DNA from: Aplysia californica
Lineage: Eukaryota
Length of the DNA stretch: 64,000 nt
Assembly (NCBI RefSeq): GCF_000002075.1
Contig: NW_004797325.1
Coordinates: forward strand, 719,053 to 783,052
Direction of reading: 5' to 3'
Shown here piece by piece: positions 38,484-47,705 of this stretch. Positions within the stretch are counted from its first letter, which is position 1, and each line of letters begins with the position of its first letter. The translations under genes were made by a program, and so were the position numbers. The notes beneath the pieces are model-generated. The model saw only the letters and a program-made list of their open reading frames with translations, was not told where the DNA came from and ran no database searches.

Positions 38484-39570
38484 TAAAATTATTTGCGGAT
38501 CTGCGCTTGAAGCTGTATGGCGTGTAGTCAGCCTTCAGACTGGAAGTTAAGCGCTTGCTCTCTTTTGCCTCTTTCAAGGCCTTTTTCACATCATCGCCGT
38601 ACAAAAACTTTGAGGTCTCTGCGTTCTCTTCCACCGAGGGATCACAAATCGCTCTGATGTCCGATGGCAGTGCATATTTTTGCCTGTCCTTTCTTTGTAG
38701 GGTCAGACACTTATGCGCGTGTCCCAACAGAGCCAACGCATCGATAAGGCGTTTTGTCAGAGCAGGGTCCGACTTCGCTAGTTCATCAGCACATTGCGCA
38801 ACAGCAACTGCGCTCTTCCCAACAAGATTCTGAATGGCGGTCAGTTTTGTGTCAATTCGTTTGGCTGACCCTTTTAACACAGCCCATATTTCTGGGTTAG
38901 TGAGAGGAGTGCCAAGGCCAGGGCAATTATCCGGCCGGCTGTAAAGCTTGGCCTTTTCTCTCAGCTTTTCCCCTTTTCCTGTCTTAGAAAAAATTTTATG
39001 GATAAATTCCGCTAACTCTTCACTGACCGGACCGGATGTATCTTCGTCCTCTTCAAATTCTTGACCAGCTACATTAAATATCGAGTTTCGGATTTCCTCA
39101 CTTTCCCGTTGATTCGAGCTGCTGGCACTCGGGGTCTGCGTGGGAGTCGGAGACTGCCGCGACGGCTTCCTAAGGTCCCCGTGACGAGATAACAATCTCG
39201 CCTCCAGCGTAGCGGTGGTCGAGTCAGAGGAAGGGGAGCGGTCTCGTTCGCTCTTTCTAGGCACCTTGACTTGTTTTAACCCTTTTCCTTTTCGTTTGGG
39301 TGGGTTTGGTTGCGGGGAAGGAGAACGCGAGTTTTGGCGGGATGAATCCGATGATGGTGATGACGAGGATGAAGAAGAAGAAGAGGACGGCGACCATTTT
39401 TGTTTCATTCCTCTGTCATTAAAGGCCTCAAGACTCTTCAAAATCCTCTCCATCGTGACTTTGTTGTCGCGGAGAGCTTGTGCCACATCGGGATCCCGTG
39501 TGTCTCCATCGGAAGGAGCATGCACGGATAGTGTGTCGTTTTCCCCCGACACTCTGTCGCTACCACTCAT
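38353..39570 (-). CDS. DIRS ORF1 (gag-like)
   Basis: About 405 aa from ATG 39570; Ser/Pro-rich N-half, RPDNCPGLGTPLTNPEIW block, basic C-tail; first ORF of the element. Confidence 0.85.
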   Translation of the reverse strand: MSGSDRVSGENDTLSVHAPSDGDTRDPDVAQALRDNKVTMERILKSLEAFNDRGMKQKWSPSSSSSSSSSSPSSDSSRQNSRSPSPQPNPPKRKGKGLKQVKVPRKSERDRSPSSDSTTATLEARLLSRHGDLRKPSRQSPTPTQTPSASSSNQRESEEIRNSIFNVAGQEFEEDEDTSGPVSEELAEFIHKIFSKTGKGEKLREKAKLYSRPDNCPGLGTPLTNPEIWAVLKGSAKRIDTKLTAIQNLVGKSAVAVAQCADELAKSDPALTKRLIDALALLGHAHKCLTLQRKDRQKYALPSDIRAICDPSVEENAETSKFLYGDDVKKALKEAKESKRLTSSLKADYTPYSFKRRSANNFNKPGRPFLDHRGYSQFPKWKSQGPAHKRGHNSQYRRRKQLPPQ

Positions 39571-41154
39571 GTCTGATTTGTGGGTCAAACGAATCTAAAA
39601 TATAAATAAAATTTTTCCCCCGAGGGTATTTTTAAGTGAAAAATGCCCAGAGGGCTGTCAATAGTTGTGTTGTATCCTTTTTATTCCCCGAGGGTATTTT
39701 TAAAAGTGAAATATGTCCCGGGGGGCTCTCTACAGATTTGTTTTATTCTTTTTATTCCCCGAGGGTATCTTTTAAAGTGAAATGTGCCCGGAGGGCTCTC
39801 AACAGCATCAATTTAATCTGTTAATCCCCGAGGGTCAATCAATATATATATTTATCTACCCCACAATCTGAGTACTGAGTGGAAGAATCTGCTGACGGGA
39901 TGACCTCTTCGAGATCCTCCGTTTTCAGCAAGCCCGGAGGGCTAGACCCAAGTTAAGCGGGCAATAGTCTTGCCACGATGGCTGTTTTTGCTGTTATTAC
40001 CCCGAGGGTTGGCGCGTTGCGCTTGCAATATGATGTATCCCGAGGGTTGTTGAGTGGGGAGCTCCGAGAGCGTTTATAATTTATTTATATGGCAAAAAAC
40101 GGCCTATAAGTAAACAATACTTCTAGTAAATTAAAGGATGTGGACAATATTACAATACTTGCCAAACCTGTTCTTCAATGTGGATAAATCCTGTACAAAT
40201 AGAAAATCACCACAATATCATTGAACACAATAGCGATAATAAGTGGTTAATTCACGTAGTTCAAGAGAAGTAAAAATCGCGTCCGACCAGTAACACGGTT
40301 GCGTAGCGAAGTGACCAGTGGCGGGAAGCGCGGCGGTTCTCATATTACCAGCCACTTCCATCAGCCATATATCTAAATATGTGTAAATCTAGATTATATC
40401 TAGAGATAGATTATCTAGATCTAGATTCACTTCAACAGCCACAATAGTCGTCATGTAAACAAACGGGACAGCAATTGTACAGGAGTGCCGCGGGCCGCGA
40501 TTTCTTTCGCACCAAACGCAAAGTGCAGCAAGCGGCTTGTTCAATTTTCTCACGAACTTTTCATGTCGCACACCGGCTGCTTCTTTCTCATTCCAGCTCC
40601 TTTTATTTTTGCATCAATTTCTCTCGAATTTCCGCCGTTTTCAATGACAACTTGGCGCACTAACGTCCCGATGCCCGATCGACACTGTGTTGCTAGGCCT
40701 AGAAGAACGAAAGCAGAAAGCTACGGGTGGACATGCGCAAGCTGCGTTTTCGTCTCGCTCCCGGTTCGGTGTTTTCCGCGTGTAAAAAAGTATCGCAATT
40801 TGCGATCGAGAGCGGTCCAGCGGAGGAAGGAGGAAAGTAGCGGGAAAAGCTAGATGTAGCGGAGTTTCCGCTATTTAGCGGGAAAGTGGCAGCCTAAAGT
40901 ACAGCTAGCCACTTCTAAAAAAAAATTCCCCTACGTCCCCCCCCCCTCCCCCGGTTCACACCTTGCACACATACAGACACACACGCACACTCACACACAT
41001 GGGCCACTCCATTCGCTATTATCAACAAATCTCGAGAACAGAAACCGTTCGGAGAAATAGAGCCGGCCTAAATCTAAAACCACAGTATATCATGCTAGGC
41101 CTAGTCTCAGTCTAAAGTAAGATTAACAGTACTGATTAGTATATGTAGGCTAAT

Positions 41155-41911
41155 GGAAGTGGCTATTCTCACCCGGAGTGAGAATAGAAATACGATCGAC
41201 CTCTCACCCCGGGTGAGACTTGCCACCGTAGGCTATTCTCACCCGGTGTGAAACAAGACCTGTTTTTCCTAATTTCGGAATACTTTCTATCGATGTAGAT
41301 GATCAAATGGATAAAGGCAAAGGAAAGATTACATTATAGCACAAAAGTAAGCTAATTTTATCGACTACAAAGATGCTATGGCTATTTCACTTTTCGAATC
41401 GAGCCGAACTACGGGGGTCGCCATTTCGTTTTGCCCGGAAGTTCTCGCAAGATCTACTCCTCCCCTCTTCTCTCTCTTTCTGAATACTGTCTATCGGTGT
41501 GGACGATCAAATTGACCAAAACAAAGTTTAAAAAATGATGTTAAAACACAAAAGTAAATTAATTTGGTCGTCTACAAAGATGCTACAACTATTTAACTTT
41601 TTGAATGGAGCCGAACTACGCGGGCTGCCATTTTGTTTTGCCCGGAAGTTCTCGCGCTACTCCTCTCTCTCTCTCCACTGCCCACAGACAAAATTGTACG
41701 CTTTTAGTAAGCTAACAGTAGTAATGGAACGTTTGTTCACGGCACAGAATTCTACAATTTTTCTGTTATCAAAGTGTAGAATTCTGTGGTTTAGGGTGAA
41801 CGCAAAATTGGTTGGCCTAGATCTAGGCTATAACGGTGAACGCACACCGGGTGAGAATAGCCAAAAGACTCGCCTGCGCTATTCTCACCCGGGGTGAGAA
41901 TAGAGGTGGCC
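41155..41911 (+). mobile_element. Family B Mutator-like MITE, complete copy
   Basis: 9-bp TSD TAGGCTAAT (41146-41154, 41912-41920); GG...CC termini with CTATTCTCACCCnnGGTGAGAATAG palindromes; further fragments at about 19264, 43941, 44293-44696 and 46500-46640. Confidence 0.9.
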
Positions 41912-42925
41912 TAGGCTAATAATAATACGCAGTGGCTATTTTTACGGCGAGCCGTAAAGATAGCCTCCCAGTGAGTCCCAGGCTATTTTTACGGCGATCA
42001 TCGAAAAGCGACCCTACGTCCGCCTCTCATGTACGCGACATGCCTCAATGTATTAGATCTAGGCCTATAGGGGTTGTTCAAAATATAAACTTACACCTCA
42101 GAGGGGAAAGGGTGTCTTTGGTTTCTGTAAGAAAAGTGTAAGATTGGGTGGGGAGGTTAACCAAATACATGTATGACACTTCTGTGAGATGAACGTTTTG
42201 CTCATGACTGGGAAGAAAAGGTAAAAGAAAAAGTGGATAAATCCCAGTAACAAGACCCAGACCTGCATGATCACTGCAGATCCCCGTTGTTGTTGTTTTT
42301 GTTGGGGGGGGGGGGGGGGGGGGGGGGTTACAAATACTTTTGAAATTATGATGAAAATTCTGTAGGTGGATATCTAATTTCTTAATGTTTCTTTGTAACT
42401 TTGCAACTGTTTTGTTGATCTTTTAATGTCTTGATGTCTTTTATTTGTGAGGCACGTACCTATTGCATTGACAAGAGTCTCAATTATGTCTTCCACATAT
42501 GTGTTCTTTCTAGTTCATATGATTTGATTAAATTGTAATTGTATTAACTGAAATGATTTTTTTTTTTAACAAGCTGGTAAAAAAAAGCCACTTATAGTAC
42601 AGGTATCTTTAAAATAATAATGGAGGAGGAAGTTGAAGATCGGAAAAAGTACTAATATTAAATTGGTGAGGGTGGGGGTTGGAGGCAAATCTGAGAAAAG
42701 TGTAATTTGGGTTTTTTTTTAAGCCCCTGACCTAATAAAAACATGGTGGGGGGTTTCAGGGGGGCATTACCACAATTTAATGTTTTGCAGTTGTTAGGTT
42801 TGATAATGATATCTTAGCTTGCCGCGAATCAAACGTATATAGATCTAGGTCAGGCTCAATCAAATAAGGGGGGTGGGAACTACCGAAAAAGCGCCGGGGA
42901 TGCAAAGGTTTCTGCACGGACAAAC

Positions 42926-43114
42926 CTGAAACCACCGCAATTTCTCCGCCAAATGTTCCAATTTCACTGACGTTGCCGACTTCGAAGACTCTACTTTCTT
43001 GTCATGTACAATTTGCTTGGATATTTTTAGAGCTTTCCTGCTGTAAGGATGAACAGGCCTGTCTCTGTTTTGTTTGTCTTGACCAGAACTACATCTCTTG
43101 CTAACTTTCGGCAT
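42926..43114 (-). CDS. TMA16: TMA16 coding exon 1 (translation machinery-associated protein 16)
   Basis: MPKVSK...VHPYSRKALKI...EKLRWFQ matches the TMA16 motifs HPYSRKA and EKLQWFQ; CAG|GTTTGT donor, phase 0. Confidence 0.93.
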
Positions 43115-43838
43115 GCTGTCACTTTCGGTTTCCCGCAGAATGAACCGAGATAATACAAAGGAAGATATTATATTTATTATATCATGTACTACAGTAACAC
43201 TGAATTGACTGAATAATTGAACCTTTAGCACAGGCACATCACGATGTAAACAGTAAACAGACCCATGCCATACTTCCTGCGGCTGGCTTGATTGCTAGAT
43301 TGCCCTTGCCAGTTTTATTTACATCTAGATTCTAGATCTAGATCTAGACTTGCCCATGTGTTTCGTTTCATGTAATCTGCATCTTATCCTGTCAGAGACG
43401 GGTTTATATTTACCATACATAAAATGTCTTTGACTGCGTAGAGTTATTTAAAGCGGGATAAAAAAGGGAAAAAATTACAATAATTAGTCTCAGCACCAAG
43501 TTTCAAAAGCAAGCCAAAGGTGACCTTAAAATTATAAAATTGGCAAAGTAAAACCCTTTTTTGCCTATAGTTATTTCCCTTGAAAAGAGCAGCTCGTTGA
43601 AATGTTGAAAACACATTTTCGTAACTTTCTTTTACGCAAAAGAGTTCCACAATTGGCAATCGGCAATGTGTGTGTGTTGACCGCTTGTTGGCCTGCCTGT
43701 GTTACTGTGTCAAATACTGTGTTTATAATACTATAGTGGTCGTGTTACAGACTGGAAGGGTAGAAAACAAACTGCAAGCAGTTAAAAGGGACTTTTATTT
43801 ACTCTGGATACAGGCTCTGGTCGTCAGAAAGTTTCACA
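43115..43838. promoter_or_regulatory. Bidirectional promoter and 5' UTRs between TMA16 and MRPL12
   Basis: Divergent start codons 725 bp apart; ETS-type ACTTCCTG at 43272-43279. Confidence 0.65.
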
Positions 43839-43900
43839 ATGCAAGCAGCAAGAAAACTTGGAACTTGTACATTGTTTGCTGCCTCAAATTATTGCCGGAG
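43839..43900 (+). CDS. MRPL12: MRPL12 exon 1 (mitochondrial presequence MQAARKLGTCTLFAASNYCRR)
   Basis: ACA-ATG context; basic, acid-free peptide; AG|GTAATC phase-2 donor, which is the phase required by the 52032 exon. Not supported by homology. Confidence 0.75.
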
Positions 43901-45783
43901 GTAATCTAAACCTGCTGAAGGTCGTTAGGCCTATTATTTTGGAAGTGGCTCTCCTCACCAGGGGTGAGAACAGCCCGTGTCTCGCTCTTCTCACCCACCT
44001 CATGCCCTTGAGGGAACTCCTTGCGGTCTCGTTAGATCTAGATCTAGATCTAGCACTAGATCTAGATCACACAAGCAAAGACGGTGATCTATACTAATAC
44101 TTTACTTAACTTATAGCCTGTTATACGAACGGAATAATAATAAGAAGTATTGAAAGTTAAGAAGAGGAAAAAGACTGAAAACAGTAAAGAAACAAAAAAA
44201 ATATTTTACCGTGAATCTATCCATGTAGCACCCCCTCTTGACTAGATACCTCTAGACTCTAGGGGTAAGACTTTGTTAACTTTGTAACATGATGGCCACC
44301 TCTAAATATTCACCCCGGGTGAGAATAGCGCAGGCGAGTCTTTTGGCTATTCTGACCCGGTGGGCGTTCACCGCCTAGAATCCTAGATCTAGGCCAACCA
44401 GTGTTGCGTTCACCCTGAACCACAGAATTCTACACTGTGATAACAGAATTGTAGAATTTTGAGCCGTGAACAAATGTTCCATTACTAGAAATCTAGATCT
44501 ACTGAGTGTTAGTGTTAGCCTAAAAGTGTGCAATTTTGTCTGTGGGCAGTGGAGAAAGAGAGAGAGGGAGGAGTAGCGCGAGAACTTCCAGGCAAAACAA
44601 AATGGCGACCCGCGTAGTTCGGCTCGATTCGAAAAGTTGAATAGGCGTAGCTTCTTTGTAGACGATCAAATTAGCTTACTTTTGGGCTATAACGTAGCAA
44701 TGCCCACCGAGCGCGTTTTGTTCTGCCGATTTTTGGCCCCTGCCGTGGGGGTGTTTCGTGGGACGCACTAACGCAAAGGTTGTTGTCTTCAACTCGCTCT
44801 CACGCCGCTTCTTGTGAATGGATATGAATGAAACTTGGCAGCCAATCAGAAAAGAGGTCAATCTCGTAGTCAGTTTGACAACTTTGTACCCATCCAAGAA
44901 GTAGTCGAAAACGTTTGCGAAAGTGGTTGATGTGGTGCGCTTTAAAGATTTTTCGGAGCTGTGATTTGTCAAACTGACTGATACTTGTACACCATTTTTC
45001 TTTATTCCCTTAGAATTTCATGCTTCTGTGTTTAGCGGTTTTTGCGTAATCTTTAAAAATGTGGGAGTAACTAAGGAAAAAGCGGCATTGCCATTTGCGC
45101 GTGCTGGGTGAACGACCGGCAGCTGGGAAATTTCCACTGAGTGACGTCATCAGCCATTGGTCGCCTCGGGTGCTACAAACGAGGCTCCGCTTATGTGAAC
45201 CGGAAAGGGGGGGAAGGATACTTGAAAACTAAACGGGGGCCTTGATAACTTGCATTTTTGTTGCATTTTAGTCACACAATACAATAGATGTAGTAATTTT
45301 TATTTGCTTGATTGCATGAAAGAAGAATAGAAACGGAAAAGCAAACATCTTGAGATGTGGTATGGCATCGTGTTTGCGTTATAGAAAGCCTATCCCCCCT
45401 CTTGGCAAAGCACACACTTGGACTCGTCCTGTGTGCTCTGTTTGGAAAAGTGAGGCATTAAGATTGTGTTATTAAAGAGTATGGTACTTATTTAGTCCAG
45501 TCTGGGAAGATAGTCCCGTTTATACATTGTTATCGTTCCCGCGTGAGTGCGCCCACGTGCGTGTGTGTGTGTGCGTGAGAGAGAGAGAGAGAAGTGGGGG
45601 GGGGGGTGTAATATGTTACATTTATAGTATGAGTATGAGTTGTAGCCTACACATGCGAAATATTCCCGTGACTTGTAAACTATACTATCTAAACGCATCT
45701 TAATCTACCACACAATAGGACACTGTCCAACAATGGATACACAGTGACAATCTTAATTTCTATTACAAAGTATGCATGCTTTT

Positions 45784-46480
45784 ACTAGTAGAGAACTGGA
45801 TTTATTAGACTAATAAATCCAGCTCTCTACTTACATTTTTGTGACAAATTGATCCTGAGCATCGCTTGGCAAGGAGGAACCTTTTATGTTGCCAAGTTTC
45901 ATTCAAATATCATGACTTTGGGAGAAGATATGACTGATAATCTTTGTAAATCTGTAAAGAACACCACTTTTTTACCTGTTAATGTCTTTACAACTTAAAA
46001 GTATGATAGATATTAAAAATCTGACAGCATGACTAGATTCTGCATTAAAAACTGTACTAGACTGCCAAGTTTCATTTTGATTTACATACTCCAAGAAATA
46101 GGCGAGCTATGACAAATATTGTCTCAAAACGCACCGAAAACCGCCACATTTTTACCTATAAACGTCTTCATAACTCAAAAAGTAGGATAGCTATGACGAA
46201 TCTGCAAGCAGGACTAGATTGTGCTCTAGAAAATGTACTAAGTTGCCAAGTTTCATTTAAATACTCCGAGAAATGAGCGAGTTATGAAGAATATTGTCTC
46301 AAAACTCACCAAAGAACGTCCCATATTTTGGTGTTTTTTTTCATTATATATAAAAGTGTATTGATGGATTTCAAAAATTCAAAAAGTTCCATGCTCTGTG
46401 GAGATAGAGCTACAAAATGCACCTATTTGCAAACACTTTCTGACAAAAAAAGGTTTTTCGTGGTCATTGCTATTATAACG
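45784..46480 (+). mobile_element. Helentron/HINE-like non-autonomous element with an internal ~177-bp tandem array
   Basis: 20-bp-stem hairpin 45788-45830 after TTT|ACTAG; GCCAAGTTTCATT anchors at 45891, 46064 and 46245. Confidence 0.6.
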
Positions 46481-46663
46481 CAATTCTTTTCTTTGCTTTT
46501 ATCAATTTGATCATCCACACCGATAGACAGTATTCCAAAATTAGGAAAAACAGGTCTTGTTTCACACCGGATGAGAATAGCCAACGGTGGCAAGTCTCAC
46601 CCGGGGTGAGAGGTCGATCGTATTTTTATTCTCACCCCTTGATTCTGAACTTCTTCTCCTTCT

Positions 46664-47272
46664 NNNNNNNNNNNNNNNNNNNNNNNNNNNNNNNNNNNNN
46701 NNNNNNNNNNNNNNNNNNNNNNNNNNNNNNNNNNNNNNNNNNNNNNNNNNNNNNNNNNNNNNNNNNNNNNNNNNNNNNNNNNNNNNNNNNNNNNNNNNNN
46801 NNTTCTACGAACGGAATAACAATGAAGAAGTATTAGGAAAGTTAAGAAGAGGAAAAAGACTGAAAACAGGAAAAAAACAAAACATAAATATTTTACCTTG
46901 AATCTATCCATTGAATCAATTGCAGATGTCTTTTCGATGAACGATCATTTTTCCTTGGTTTTGGAGTTGGAAGAATCACAATTTGACAAAAAGAACAGTG
47001 TCATAATTTCAGTCGAGCANNNNNNNNNNNNNNNNNNNNNNNNNNNNNNNNNNNNNNNNNNNNNNNNNNNNNNNNNNNNNNNNNNNNNNNNNNNNNNNNN
47101 NNNNNNNNNNNNNNNNNNNNNNNNNNNNNNNNNNNNNNNNNNNNNNNNNNNNNNNNNNNNNNNNNNNNNNNNNNNNNNNNNNNNNNNNNNNNNNNNNNNN
47201 NNNNNNNNNNNNNNNNNNNNNNNNNNNNNNNNNNNNNNNNNNNNNNNNNNNNNNNNNNNNNNNNNNNNNNNN
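46664..47272. other. Assembly gaps (N runs 46664-46802 and 47020-47272)
   Basis: Direct reading. Confidence 1.
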
Positions 47273-47705
47273 CTGAAACTTTTTCGAAATCACAAAAGAT
47301 TTCTCCTACCGGGTGTGTATACACTTTGAATATTAAAAGTATGCTCACAGCCTTGATGATCGCTCAGCTAGATCGTGTTACTTAGCTAAGCAATGCCAAT
47401 TGGGCTTCTACGCGCCCCAAAAATTTGGTCCCCGTTTGCAGGTGAGTTTTTGGACTGAGTCGGAACATTAGTGACTAACTTTCTCAACCTCGATGTGATC
47501 TATTTCTGCACCAATGTGAATGAAACTTGGCAACCAATCAGAGAACAGTACAAACTAATGATATGTAAATGTTGAAGTTCGTACACATTTAATTAACCTA
47601 TACCTCTATACTTTTGGTGTCTGAAACACTTTCGTATCGGGTATACCGAAAACTATAAGGAGCTTGATTTTCAACGCCAAGAGGGTAATAGTTCTACTTG
47701 CCTCT

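Larger units (their letters stand above)
35002..40350 (-). mobile_element. DIRS-1-like tyrosine-recombinase retrotransposon, near intact
   Basis: Overlapping gag, RT-RH-MT and YR ORFs; 40-bp ITR pair 35081-35120 / 40311-40350 (1 mismatch); ICR 35239-35366; no TSD. Confidence 0.97.
34250..40359 (-). mobile_element. Family B Mutator-like MITE split by the DIRS element (34250-35004 plus 40350-40359)
   Basis: Reverse-complement match to 41155-41911; terminal GGGTGAGAAT^AGCCACTTCC is interrupted. Confidence 0.88.
33674..40893 (-). mobile_element. Family A hAT-like element copy 2, split by nested insertions (halves 33674-~34245 and ~40367-40893)
   Basis: Joined halves are colinear with 9732-10800. 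Confidence 0.9.

Noticed and set aside
36567-39598. Plus-strand ORFs antisense to the DIRS genes
   Set aside because: Shadow frames of the minus-strand coding sequence; no independent motifs
39615-39830. CRISPR-like repeat-spacer array
   Set aside because: Units are degenerate tandem repeats without unique spacers, inside a eukaryotic retrotransposon, with no cas genes
45362-45449. ATG exon MASCLRYRKP...WK with a GTGAG donor as MRPL12 exon 1
   Set aside because: Phase 1 gives an immediate stop at the main 52032 acceptor and would need the second AG at 52036; the 43839 exon fits phase and promoter position better. Not fully excluded as a minor isoform
46507-47348. ORFs of 94-143 aa spanning N runs
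   Set aside because: Artefacts of assembly gaps
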